Shown one piece after another: positions 8,952-17,823 of a stretch of 38,500 nucleotides of DNA (positions are counted from its first letter, which is position 1; every line of letters starts with the position of its first letter). Below the pieces are notes generated by a model that was not told the origin of the DNA, did no database searches, and saw only the letters and a list, made by a program, of their open reading frames with translations. The DNA is taken from contig JAVBQG010000054.1 in the NCBI GenBank assembly GCA_031549185.1, forward strand, positions 1 through 38,500. Reading direction: 5' to 3'. Both the position numbers and the translations under genes were made by a program. Source of the stretch: Synergistaceae bacterium. GTDB lineage: Bacteria > Synergistota > Synergistia > Synergistales > Synergistaceae.

Positions 8952-10057
8952 TGGAGACCTTCACGATGGACGATCTGGCAAACGTGCCGGACACGTCGGA
9001 AAGTATGGAGAAGAAACCTTTCGAGACGCTGCGTCGGGATCGGGAGGAAGACATCCTCACCCTGCGGCCGCAGGCGTTGGCCGAGTTCATCGGCCAGGAC
9101 GCGCTGAAGGACAAGCTCTCGATCTTCATACGGGCCTCGCAGAGCCGTGAGGAGCCGCTCGACCACACGCTCTTCTACGGTCCCCCCGGTCTTGGCAAGA
9201 CGACGCTGGCGGGGATCATCGCCAGGGAGATGAAGGGCAACCTGCGCGTCACCTCCGGGCCCGCGCTCGAGCGCGCCGGGGACCTGGCCGCGATCCTCTC
9301 GAACATCCAGCCGAACGACGCGCTCTTCATCGACGAAATTCATCGCATGTCCGCCAACATCGAGGAGATTCTGTATCCGGCGATGGAGGACTTCTGCCTC
9401 GCCATCGTCGTCGGCAAGGGGCCGCTGGCGCGCAGCATCCGTCTGCAGCTGCCCCGTTTCACGCTGATCGGCGCGACCACGCGGCTGGGGCTGTTGACCT
9501 CGCCGCTTCGCGCGCGCTTCGGCATCGTCGAACAGCTCCACCTGTATACGTCGGAGGAGCTGACGCAGATCGTCCGGCGGGGGGCCGACGTCCTGGGGGC
9601 CGTGGTCACGGGCGAGGCGGCCCGCGAGATCGGCCTGCGCGCGCGCGGCACGCCGCGCGTCGCCCTGCGCCTGCTGCGGCGCGTGCGCGATGTGGCGCAG
9701 GTGAGAGGGGAGGGCGAGATCTCGCCCGCGCTCGCGAAGGCCGCGCTCGACATGCTCGGCGTCGACGCGCAGGGGCTCGACGAGCAGGACCGCAAGTTCC
9801 TCCGCGCGCTACTCGAACTCTTCGATGGCGGCCCGGTCGGCCTCTCGACGCTCGCCGCCGCACTCAACGAGGACACGCAGACGATCGAGGACATCTACGA
9901 GCCCTACCTGATCCAGCGCGGCCTGTTGGAGCGCACGCCGCGCGGCCGCAAAGCGACGCGCAACACGTACGAGTACATGGGGATGACGCCGTCGCCGCAG
10001 TTTCGCCAGATGTCGCTCCTGGACGACGGGGAGGATGCGGAGAAATCGTTCGTATGA
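8948..10057 (+). CDS. ruvB: Holliday junction DNA helicase RuvB (AAA+)
   Basis: ATGA overlap with ruvA. Walker [12 protein letters not shown], Walker B LFIDEIHR, and a winged-helix C-terminus. 369 aa. Confidence 0.95.
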   Translation: MMETFTMDDLANVPDTSESMEKKPFETLRRDREEDILTLRPQALAEFIGQDALKDKLSIFIRASQSREEPLDHTLFYGPPGLGKTTLAGIIAREMKGNLRVTSGPALERAGDLAAILSNIQPNDALFIDEIHRMSANIEEILYPAMEDFCLAIVVGKGPLARSIRLQLPRFTLIGATTRLGLLTSPLRARFGIVEQLHLYTSEELTQIVRRGADVLGAVVTGEAAREIGLRARGTPRVALRLLRRVRDVAQVRGEGEISPALAKAALDMLGVDAQGLDEQDRKFLRALLELFDGGPVGLSTLAAALNEDTQTIEDIYEPYLIQRGLLERTPRGRKATRNTYEYMGMTPSPQFRQMSLLDDGEDAEKSFV

Positions 10058-10281
10058 ACGTGCTCGCCAAGACCCTGATGATATTCGGGCTCGTCCTCTT
10101 CTGTGCCGGCGCCCTCCTGTTCGCCGCCTCGAAGCTCGGGCTCCCGTTCGGCAAGCTGCCCGGCGACATCGCCTGGCAGGGGAAGAGCGTCAAGGTCTTC
10201 GTGCCGATCACCAGCATGATCGTCGCGAGCGTTGTGCTCACGCTGATTCTGAACCTGATCGCGAGGTTTTTCCGGCATTGA
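10054..10281 (+). CDS. Small membrane protein, DUF2905 family
   Basis: 75 aa with two predicted TM helices. ATGA overlap with ruvB. The conserved position between ruvB and queA is seen in Clostridia-like gene orders. Confidence 0.6.
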   Translation: MNVLAKTLMIFGLVLFCAGALLFAASKLGLPFGKLPGDIAWQGKSVKVFVPITSMIVASVVLTLILNLIARFFRH

Positions 10282-10307
10282 GTGATTGCGCAATATTGTC
10301 GCAGGGT

Positions 10308-10388
10308 CGTAGGGATGCGCATTGCGCATCCGACTGTCCTGAAGAAACCACGATTCTTGGCGGACGCGCAATGCGCGTCCCTACGGGA
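10308..10388. repeat. Composite REP-like palindromic element, copy 2: GTAG-[GGATGCGC att GCGCATCC]-35 nt spacer-[GGACGCGC aat GCGCGTCC]-CTAC
   Basis: Same architecture as 6995-7045, with an identical 3' hairpin module and a 5' hairpin differing by C/T transitions. It is intergenic between DUF2905 and the SpoIID-like gene. Confidence 0.5.
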
Positions 10389-10423
10389 ACAAAAACGGAC
10401 CAGACTGTTCTGGAGGGATAGGA

Positions 10424-11827
10424 ATGACACGAACGTATTCACGATTTTTATTCGCCTTTATTCTTTTATTATTCACCATCACCGGTACGGCGCAGGCCGT
10501 GCCGAACCGGAACATCAAGATCGGCGTCGCGACGGACGTGGCCTCCGGTCAACTGCTCGGCAGCGGACTCTCGTTGCGCGACGCGAGCGGCAGCGCTGTC
10601 TCCCCCCCCTCGGGCTCGTCGGTCTCCGCCTCCGGCGGGTACCTGCGCGTCGGGTCGACGCAGCTCAGGATGCCCGTCCGTGTCGAGGGCGGCAACGGAC
10701 TGGGCTGGGACAAAACGCGTTACCGCGGTACCCTGACGATCATCCAGTCCTCGCGCGGTTTCACCGTCGTCAACGAATTGGACCTGGAGAGCTATCTGCG
10801 CGGCATTCTCAAGATCGAGATGAATCCCGAGTGGCCACCGGAGGCCCTCAAGGCGCAGGCGGTGCTCGCCCGTACGTTTGCCATGAAGAACATGGGGCGC
10901 TTCGCCGCGAAAGGGTACGACCTCGACGCGACGGAGAACTCGCAGGTCTACCGCGGCGTCAACGCCGAGGACCCCCGCACGGACGCGGCGGTCTCCTCCA
11001 CGGTCGGGCAGGTCCTGACCTACAACGGGCAGACCGCGTCGATCTACTATCACTCCGACAGCGGCGGCTCAACCGCCGACGTCTCGCACGTATGGGGCGG
11101 CAACGTGCCGTACCTGACGTGCCGTCAGGAGGCGGTCGCGTATAACTCCCCCTACTCGAACTGGACGCTGACGCTGACGCCCGCGCAGGTGGGGGCGGCG
11201 CTGTCGAAGATGAACGTGAACGTCGGCTCCGTGCGCGGCGTGCAGGTGATCCTGAAGGACGCCTCGGGCCGCGCGATTCAGCTTCGCGTGCAGGGTGACA
11301 GAGGGACGGCGGACGTGCGCGCGCACGCCTTCCGCATGGCGGTCGGCAGCAGCGTTCTCCGCAGCACGTATTTCGACATAGCGAGCGGTGGGGCGGCGAT
11401 TGCGCCGGCTGCAACCCCCGTCGCCTCAGCGCCCACTCCGGCCGCGACGAGCGTGCCGTATACGGCGGAGTATTCGTCGAAGGCCGATCCGCTGGTCGAG
11501 CTGACAAAGAACGGCGTCTTCACGAAGGACGAGATGATGGACATGCTGATGAACCCCGAAAGGCGCGACGAATACCTGAAAAAAGGCTTGGCGCGCCTCT
11601 CGGGAGGCGCGATCCCCTCGACTTCCACGACGCCGCAGAGGCCAGCGCAGAGGCCGCCGTCGACGCCGGCATCGACGGCCTCCGCCGGAGGTTTTACCTT
11701 CGTCGGCAAAGGCTGGGGGCACGGTGTGGGCCTCTCCCAGTGGGGCGCGAAAGCCATGGCGGACGGGGGCGCCTCGTGCGAGGCGATTTTGAATCACTAC
11801 TTCCCGGGGACGAAAATTGCCAGATAG
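10424..11827 (+). CDS. SpoIID/LytB domain protein (secreted; peptidoglycan remodelling)
   Basis: N-terminal signal peptide (…LLLFTITGTAQA), a SpoIID-family core, and C-terminal conserved GKGWGHGVGLSQWGAKAMA. A Pro/Ala/Thr/Ser-rich linker precedes it. Confidence 0.75.
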   Translation: MTRTYSRFLFAFILLLFTITGTAQAVPNRNIKIGVATDVASGQLLGSGLSLRDASGSAVSPPSGSSVSASGGYLRVGSTQLRMPVRVEGGNGLGWDKTRYRGTLTIIQSSRGFTVVNELDLESYLRGILKIEMNPEWPPEALKAQAVLARTFAMKNMGRFAAKGYDLDATENSQVYRGVNAEDPRTDAAVSSTVGQVLTYNGQTASIYYHSDSGGSTADVSHVWGGNVPYLTCRQEAVAYNSPYSNWTLTLTPAQVGAALSKMNVNVGSVRGVQVILKDASGRAIQLRVQGDRGTADVRAHAFRMAVGSSVLRSTYFDIASGGAAIAPAATPVASAPTPAATSVPYTAEYSSKADPLVELTKNGVFTKDEMMDMLMNPERRDEYLKKGLARLSGGAIPSTSTTPQRPAQRPPSTPASTASAGGFTFVGKGWGHGVGLSQWGAKAMADGGASCEAILNHYFPGTKIAR

Positions 11828-12875
11828 CGATTTTCGCGAACTTTACAGGGTCGACGATTTCGACTACGAACTGCCCGAGGAGTTGATCGCCCAGAGCCCG
11901 GCGGAGAAGCGCGACGAATCGCGCCTGATGGTGCTCCCGCGTTTCGGAGGAGGACCGTCGCGCGTGCGCTTTTCGGATCTCCCGTCGTTTTTGCGCGCGG
12001 GCGACCTGCTCGTGTTGAACGATACACGCGTCTTCAAGGCGCGTCTCTTCGGGAAAAAAGTGCCCGCTGGGGCGGCTGTCGAAATTTTCTTTCTGGAGCC
12101 TGCGCCGGAGGGCAATGCCTGGAAGGTGCTGGTGCGGCCGGGGAGGAAGCTCCAGCCTGGCGCGGCGGTCGAACTGCCGGATGGAAGCATCGTCTCGATC
12201 GGGGAGAGAATAGAGGATGGCCTGCGGCTGATTCATCTGGCGGAGGGCGAGGACGCCTCCGCGCTCCTCGAGCGTTGCGGAGAGCTCCCTCTGCCGCCGT
12301 ACATCAAGGGCCGCCCGGCAGATCCGGAGCGTTATCAGACGATCTACGCGAAGAGGGAGAACGAGCGCTCGGTCGCGGCACCGACGGCAGGCCTGCACTT
12401 TACGCCGGAGTTGCTCGCGGCTCTGGAGTCGAAAGGTGTCGGATATGCCTTCGTCACGCTCGACGTGGGACTGGGTACCTTTCGGCCCGTGAAGGTCGAG
12501 GACGTACGCGATCATCACATGCACAGCGAGCGCTGCCGCGTCGGCGACGGGACGGCGCAGCGCATCGCGGAGACGCGCCGCGCGGGCGGACGAATCGTCG
12601 CCGTGGGCACGACCGTAGTGCGAACGCTGGAGTCCTTCGCGGACGAAAGCGGCGCGATCGAGCCGGGCGAGCGGGAGACGGACATCTTCATCCGCCCCGG
12701 TTACCGTTTCAAAGTCGTGAGCGGTCTCGTCACGAATTTTCACCTGCCCCGGAGCACGCTGCTGATGCTGGTGTCTGCTTTCGCGGGGCACGAACGGATC
12801 ATGGGCGCGTACGCCGAGGCGGTGAGGGAGAGATACAGGTTCTTCTCGTTCGGCGATGCGATGTTGATCGCATAG
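11817..12875 (+). CDS. queA: S-adenosylmethionine:tRNA ribosyltransferase-isomerase
   Basis: The N-terminus …DFDYELPEELIAQ is canonical QueA. 352 aa. Overlaps the previous gene by 11 nt. Confidence 0.9.
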   Translation: MPDSDFRELYRVDDFDYELPEELIAQSPAEKRDESRLMVLPRFGGGPSRVRFSDLPSFLRAGDLLVLNDTRVFKARLFGKKVPAGAAVEIFFLEPAPEGNAWKVLVRPGRKLQPGAAVELPDGSIVSIGERIEDGLRLIHLAEGEDASALLERCGELPLPPYIKGRPADPERYQTIYAKRENERSVAAPTAGLHFTPELLAALESKGVGYAFVTLDVGLGTFRPVKVEDVRDHHMHSERCRVGDGTAQRIAETRRAGGRIVAVGTTVVRTLESFADESGAIEPGERETDIFIRPGYRFKVVSGLVTNFHLPRSTLLMLVSAFAGHERIMGAYAEAVRERYRFFSFGDAMLIA

Positions 12876-12927
12876 GAAACAGGGGAGTTTCGGCAATCGG
12901 TTTTTTGAGGGGCGGAGGAGGTTACCG

Positions 12928-13560
12928 ATGGAGGTACGCGAGACGAGGATTGGCGTTTTTCTGGACGAATTGGCGAGCGGCAAACCGACTCCCGGCAGCG
13001 GCTGCGTCGCCGGGCTCTGTGGCGCGCTCGGGGCGGCGCTGGTATCGATGGTCGCGGGACTGACGGCCGGGCGCGAACGGTACGCCGACGTCGACGAGAA
13101 GATGCGCAAGATTCTCGAGAGCGCGAAGACGATGCTCGGGACGTTCTCGAAACTGGCCGAGGACGATATGGTCGTCTACGAGGAGTACATGACCGCGCTC
13201 GGCATGCCGAAGTCGACCGAGGCGGAGCGAGACGTCCGAAAAAGAGCGCTGTCGACGAGATCGAAGCTGATCGTCTCCGTACCGCTCGACATCGCCGAAC
13301 AATCCGTCGCGCTGGGAGCGCTCGCGCTCGACGCGCTGGAGCACGGCAACAGGAATGCCTCCATGGACGCGGCGGCGGCTGTGCAACTCGCCCTCGTGAC
13401 CGCGAAGATCGCGTCGAACGACGTGCGCTTCAATCTGCGCGGCATCAAGGATGCGAAGTTTGCGAAGGCGGTCGGCGGGCGCCTGGAGATCGTCATGAGG
13501 GACATCGCGGGGATTGCCTCGACGTCGGAGGCCTTTTTCGGGAGCCTGCTGAAGAGTTGA
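12928..13560 (+). CDS. Cyclodeaminase/cyclohydrolase family protein (FTCD C-terminal-domain-like; methenyl-THF cyclohydrolase-like)
   Basis: The FTCD_C-type sequence …GKPTPGSGCVAGLCGALGAALVSMVAGLT… is present. 210 aa. GGAGGAGG RBS. Confidence 0.7.
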   Translation: MEVRETRIGVFLDELASGKPTPGSGCVAGLCGALGAALVSMVAGLTAGRERYADVDEKMRKILESAKTMLGTFSKLAEDDMVVYEEYMTALGMPKSTEAERDVRKRALSTRSKLIVSVPLDIAEQSVALGALALDALEHGNRNASMDAAAAVQLALVTAKIASNDVRFNLRGIKDAKFAKAVGGRLEIVMRDIAGIASTSEAFFGSLLKS

Positions 13561-13589
13561 GAGTACACGAGCTCTCTCGGGAGGATGCC

Positions 13590-14132
13590 ATGCCGCGCAT
13601 GAGAAGCGTCCTCTCCCGCGCGGGGTGTCCGGAACTTCTTTCGAACGTGTCGCCCGACATATTGAGCCTCGCGAAGGGCGTCTATGCGGAGGCGCTTGGA
13701 GTTGCCGTCCCTCGCGCCGTCTCTTGGTCGTTGGCGGGAGACGATCTTCCGGCCGAGCTGACCCCGCCTGAATTGGAGGGCTTCCGCTCGTATACCGTTA
13801 TCTCCGCGACGCTTGGAGACGCGCTGGATGAGAAGATCGCCGAGCGTTTCGCCGCTGGAGCGCCGCTTGAGGCGACGCTGTACGACGCCTGGGGCTCCGA
13901 GGCCGTGGAGACTCTCGTCGACAACGTGGATCGCAGATTGCGCGCCGAAAACGGAGATGGAAGCGTCCGCTTCGCCCCCGGCTACGGAGGGTTCGACGTG
14001 CGCAACAACGCGAGGTGGCTCGACCTCCTCGCCGCAAACGGCGAAAGTGACGCCGGCGTGACGGCGAACCGGGAAACCGGCATTCTGTCGCCGAGGAAGA
14101 GCGTTTTATGCATGATCGGGTGGAAGGGATAG
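13590..14132 (+). CDS. Stand-alone methionine synthase activation-domain-like protein (AdoMet-binding reactivation module of MetH)
   Basis: ATG 13590 after a GGGAGG RBS; the track ORF starts at an upstream TTG at 13557. About 180 aa with weak but recognisable similarity to the MetH C-terminal activation domain. The adjacent metH lacks this domain. Confidence 0.55.
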   Translation: MPRMRSVLSRAGCPELLSNVSPDILSLAKGVYAEALGVAVPRAVSWSLAGDDLPAELTPPELEGFRSYTVISATLGDALDEKIAERFAAGAPLEATLYDAWGSEAVETLVDNVDRRLRAENGDGSVRFAPGYGGFDVRNNARWLDLLAANGESDAGVTANRETGILSPRKSVLCMIGWKG

Positions 14133-14358
14133 GCGGGGCGCAGGGAGAACTCCCTCCGACCCGCCTTCGGCGGGCCACCTCCCTCTAAGGGGGAGGCAGG
14201 GGACACCTATGTAAGCGCGTTGTTTTCTTATGGGCTGTTGATTTTTGACAGAGTAAGGAGAGGATTCGTTTTCTTGAAGAAAACAAAGCGTTATCCATGC
14301 GTCTTTTGTCTCCCTCTCCGAGGGGGATGTCATACGAAGCATGACAGGGGGAGTTCTT

Positions 14359-14387
14359 TTGACTCCGTTTTTTATAGATTTTATTAT
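14359..14387 (+). promoter_or_regulatory. Putative sigma70-type promoter of metF-metH (TTGACT-N17-TATTAT)
   Basis: -35 at 14359-14364, 17-nt spacer, -10 at 14382-14387, about 30 nt before the metF ATG, with AAGGG as RBS. Confidence 0.45.
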
Positions 14388-14416
14388 CTCATTCCACGCA
14401 AGGGCAGTGATCGAAT

Positions 14417-15319
14417 ATGAAGATTGACTCTATTTTAGCAGGGGGGCAGGCGCTCTCGTTCGAGGTCTTTCCGCCGAAGCCGGAGCTCGACCAGGACCTG
14501 TCCGGGATCCGCAGGACGCTCTCCGACCTCACGGTCGCGGAGCCGGATTTCGTCTCCGTAACGTACGGCGCGGGGGGCAACAACCGTCCGCGGGCGCTGG
14601 ACATCGCCGAGATGATCCTGGCGCTCGATATGGTGCCGCTCTCCCACCTGACGGCCGTCGGCTACACGAAAGAGGACACGGCGCGTGTGCTGGCTTCGCT
14701 GGCCGCGCGCGGCGTGAAGAACATTCTGGCGCTGCGCGGCGACATTCCGGTAGGAGCGCCGGATGACATCGACCACTGGAAGGACTTCGCGAAGGCGCGG
14801 GACCTCGCCGCGTACGTCGCCTCCTGCGACGCGCGCGAAAAATTTTGCATCGGAGGCGCTGCCTACCCCGAGGGGCATCCGCAGAGCGTATCGCCCGCGG
14901 TCGATATCGAATTCATGAAAGAGAAGGTCGAGGCGGGCACCTCGTTCTTCATCACGCAGCTCTTCTTCGAGGACGAGACGTTTCTCCGCTTCATGGATCG
15001 CGTTCATGCCGCGGGGCTGGATGTACCGGTCATCGCGGGCATCATGCCGGTCTTTCAGGCGAAACAGATCAAGCGCATCGTCGAAATATCGGGCTGCTCG
15101 GTGCCGGAGGAGCTCGCCGTCCTGCTCGATCGCTACGAGAATGATCACGAAGCGATGGCCGACGCGGGCGCGGACTACGCGGCGGGCCAGATCCGGAATC
15201 TGTGGGATAACGGCGTGAGCGGCATTCACGTCTATACGATGAACAAAGCCGCCCGCGTCCTCGACATTCTGAGGCGCTGCGGCATGTCGACGAAGAGGGA
15301 GAGAGGAGCGATTCGATGA
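14417..15319 (+). CDS. metF: 5,10-methylenetetrahydrofolate reductase
   Basis: MetF TIM-barrel motifs are present (…SFEVFPPK…, …VTYGAGG…). 300 aa. Confidence 0.9.
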   Translation: MKIDSILAGGQALSFEVFPPKPELDQDLSGIRRTLSDLTVAEPDFVSVTYGAGGNNRPRALDIAEMILALDMVPLSHLTAVGYTKEDTARVLASLAARGVKNILALRGDIPVGAPDDIDHWKDFAKARDLAAYVASCDAREKFCIGGAAYPEGHPQSVSPAVDIEFMKEKVEAGTSFFITQLFFEDETFLRFMDRVHAAGLDVPVIAGIMPVFQAKQIKRIVEISGCSVPEELAVLLDRYENDHEAMADAGADYAAGQIRNLWDNGVSGIHVYTMNKAARVLDILRRCGMSTKRERGAIR

Positions 15320-17658
15320 TCTCGCGGAGTGAGTTTAGAGCGCTGCTGGAGAGTCGGACGCTGATGCTCGACGGCGGTTACGGCACCAGCTTCTTCGAGA
15401 TGGGCTTTGGGGATGTTCCCGGAGAAAAGTTGAATCTGGAACACCCTGAAGCCGTGGAGGCGCTGCACAGAAATTACGTCGAAGCAGGCGCGGACATCCT
15501 GCTCACGAACACCTTCGGAGGCAACCGCAGCAAGCTGGCGGAGACGCACCTGGAGAACGATATCAGGGAGATTCACTCGTCGGCGGTCGCCATCGCGCGC
15601 CGCGCTGCGAAAGGTGCCGCGCGTCGCGTACTCGTGTTCGGGGATATTTCCTCCACGGGAAGGCTGCCTGCGCCGAGCGGCGAGGGCAGCTTTGCCGAGT
15701 GTCGCGAGGTCTACCGAGAGCAGGCGTCTCTTCTGCTCGAGGCCGGGTGCGACGGTCTGATCGTGGAGACGATCACCGACGTCAAAGAGCTGAAGGCCGC
15801 TGTGATCGCGGTACGCGAGCTGTCGACGGACGTCCCGCTGATCGCGCAGATGGCGTTCGACGCCGCCGGCACGACGCTGACCGGCGCGTCGGTCGAGGTC
15901 TTCGCCGCCGTGTTGAACGACCTCGACGTCGACGTCCTCGGCATGAACTGCCTTGTCGGGCCGGACGAAATGTTGCCGAATCTGCGCCGCCTCGCCGCCT
16001 GCACGGATCGTTTCCTGTCGGTGGAACCCAACGCGGGCGATCCGATTTTCGACGGGACGAAGACGATCTATCCGACGAGCGCCGTCGATTTTTCCCTCTT
16101 CGTGGAGGAGTTCGTCGAGGCGGGCGCGTCGATCGTCGGCGGCTGCTGCGGTACATCGCCGGAGCACATTCGCGCCGCGGCCGCGCTCGTTCGCGACATC
16201 ACGCCGGCCGGCCGGGCCCGTCGCAAGGTGTCGCTCCCGCCTCGCCTCGCTTCGCGGACCGTCGTCCACGATATGGACGGTTTTGCCGTGATTGGCGAGC
16301 GCATCAACCCGACGGGCCGCAAGCCCTTGCGCGATTCGATGCGCGAGGGCGACTGGGGGCGCATGCTCGACGAGGCCGCCGCCCAATCGCGCGAGGGGGC
16401 ACACGTGCTCGACGTCAACTTCGGCGTGGAGAAGTTCTTTACCCCGGAGAAGGTGGTCGACGCTTTCATCGCCCTCGACCGGGCGACGACGGCCCCGCTG
16501 TCGCTGGACATCCAGACGCTCGAACTGATGGAGGCCGCGCTGGCGGACTATCCCGGCAGGCCGCTCGTCAACTCGACGGCCTGCGACCGGGCCTCGCTGG
16601 AGAAAAAACTGCCTCTGCTGAAAAAGTACGGCGGCATGATGATCCTCCTCGCGATGAAAGACGACATCGCGCACAGCGCAGACGAGCGGATGCGGGCCGT
16701 GGAGGAGGCGCTTGCGTACGCCGAGACCCTTGGGGTCGCGCGCGACCGCTTTCTGATCGACCCACTGGCGCTGTCGCTGGGGACGGGTTACGACCACCGC
16801 GTCACGCTCGAGGTCGTCCGGTGCTGTACGGAGCGGGGACTCCTCACGACGATGGGCCTCTCAAACCTCTCGCATGGGATGCCGAATCGCTCGGGCATCA
16901 ACGCCGCCTTCCTCTCGCAGGCGATCGAGGCTGGCTTGTCGTCCGCGATCATGAACAGCGGCGACGAGGTCGTGATGCAGACGCTCTTCGGCGCCCAGCT
17001 GCTCAAGACCGGGGAGCTGGAGGACCGGGTGGGCGACACGCAACTCGACCCGCTGGTGGAAGCCCTGCTCTCCGGCCGCGGAAAGACCGCGGACGGACTG
17101 GTCGACGAAAAACTCGCCGGGGGTATGGCGCCGCTCGACGTCAGCCAGTCCTTCCTGGGCGGCGCGATGGAGACGGTGGGCGCGCTCTATGAGGCGAAGA
17201 AGATATTCCTGCCCCACATCCTCTTCGCGGCGGAGACGGCGTTCCCCATCTTCGACCGGCTGAACGGGATGATGGCGGGCGCAGTCGCGACGCGCGGCAA
17301 GGTTCTGCTGGCGACGGTCGAAGGCGACATCCACGACATCGGCAAGAACATCGTCGGCACGGTGCTGCGCGCGGGCGGTTTCGAGGTCGTCGATATCGGC
17401 AAGAACATCACGGCAGGGGAGATCGCCGAGGCGGCGGAGCTGCATAGGCCGAACGTCGTCGGCCTCTCGGCCATGATGACGACGACCGTCGGGCGTGTGG
17501 CGGAGGTAGGCGCTCTGTTGAAAGAGCGCGGCGTAAATGTCGTTGTGATCTCGGGAGGAGCCTCCATGAGCGCGGAGCTCGCGAGCCTCTTCGGCGTTCG
17601 CTACGCGGCGGACAGCAGCGGCGCACTGTCGCTCTGCAAGGAGCTCGTGAAAAAATAG
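15316..17658 (+). CDS. metH: Cobalamin-dependent methionine synthase, short form (Hcy-binding, pterin-binding and B12-binding domains; no activation domain)
   Basis: ATGA overlap with metF. Homocysteine S-methyltransferase N-terminus, pterin-binding barrel, and B12-binding DxHxxG (DIHDIG). 780 aa, ending after the Rossmann B12 domain. Confidence 0.9.
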   Translation: MISRSEFRALLESRTLMLDGGYGTSFFEMGFGDVPGEKLNLEHPEAVEALHRNYVEAGADILLTNTFGGNRSKLAETHLENDIREIHSSAVAIARRAAKGAARRVLVFGDISSTGRLPAPSGEGSFAECREVYREQASLLLEAGCDGLIVETITDVKELKAAVIAVRELSTDVPLIAQMAFDAAGTTLTGASVEVFAAVLNDLDVDVLGMNCLVGPDEMLPNLRRLAACTDRFLSVEPNAGDPIFDGTKTIYPTSAVDFSLFVEEFVEAGASIVGGCCGTSPEHIRAAAALVRDITPAGRARRKVSLPPRLASRTVVHDMDGFAVIGERINPTGRKPLRDSMREGDWGRMLDEAAAQSREGAHVLDVNFGVEKFFTPEKVVDAFIALDRATTAPLSLDIQTLELMEAALADYPGRPLVNSTACDRASLEKKLPLLKKYGGMMILLAMKDDIAHSADERMRAVEEALAYAETLGVARDRFLIDPLALSLGTGYDHRVTLEVVRCCTERGLLTTMGLSNLSHGMPNRSGINAAFLSQAIEAGLSSAIMNSGDEVVMQTLFGAQLLKTGELEDRVGDTQLDPLVEALLSGRGKTADGLVDEKLAGGMAPLDVSQSFLGGAMETVGALYEAKKIFLPHILFAAETAFPIFDRLNGMMAGAVATRGKVLLATVEGDIHDIGKNIVGTVLRAGGFEVVDIGKNITAGEIAEAAELHRPNVVGLSAMMTTTVGRVAEVGALLKERGVNVVVISGGASMSAELASLFGVRYAADSSGALSLCKELVKK

Positions 17659-17674
17659 TGGGCTTGCAAAAAAA

Positions 17675-17713
17675 CCGAGGTCGCGGGCTTTTGCCGGCGA
17701 CCTCGGTTTTTTT
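17675..17713. terminator. Bidirectional rho-independent terminator shared by metFH (+) and the convergent ser operon (-)
   Basis: A7 run, then CCGAGGTCGCGGGC-TTTT-GCCGGCGACCTCGG (14-bp stem with one mismatch), then T7 run. There are U-tracts on both strands. Confidence 0.75.
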
Positions 17714-17823
17714 GCCTGATACCAAGTTTGCAGTCAAAGGATTTTTTCGAGTGCGGCAAACCGCTCTGCAGGTGGGTTTGAACGCCTCACCCTTCAGACC
17801 TTTGATTTCAAATTGGTATGAAT

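Noticed and set aside
12876-12927. Possible terminator after queA (GAAAC-agggga-GTTTC hairpin followed after 9 nt by TTTTTT).
   Set aside because: The stem is only 5 bp and the U-tract is not adjacent to it. It is more likely just the RBS-containing spacer before the FTCD-C-like gene.
14133-14416. SAM-I (S-box) riboswitch or T-box leader upstream of metF-metH.
   Set aside because: I looked for the S-box core (AAGAG…GGNGGAGGGA…UGGCCC…AUGAA) and the T-box sequence (AGGGUGGNACCGCG) and found neither. A good promoter (TTGACT-N17-TATTAT) lies only about 30 nt before the metF ATG, leaving no room for a riboswitch in the metF leader.
14274-14420. Small ORF (TTG start after an AAGGAGAGG RBS) encoding a 48-aa peptide with a CxxC…C…H pattern.
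   Set aside because: It runs through the predicted metF promoter and overlaps the metF start codon. The start is TTG. The nucleotide sequence is better explained as the hairpin and terminator structures noted above. Kept only as a low-probability alternative.
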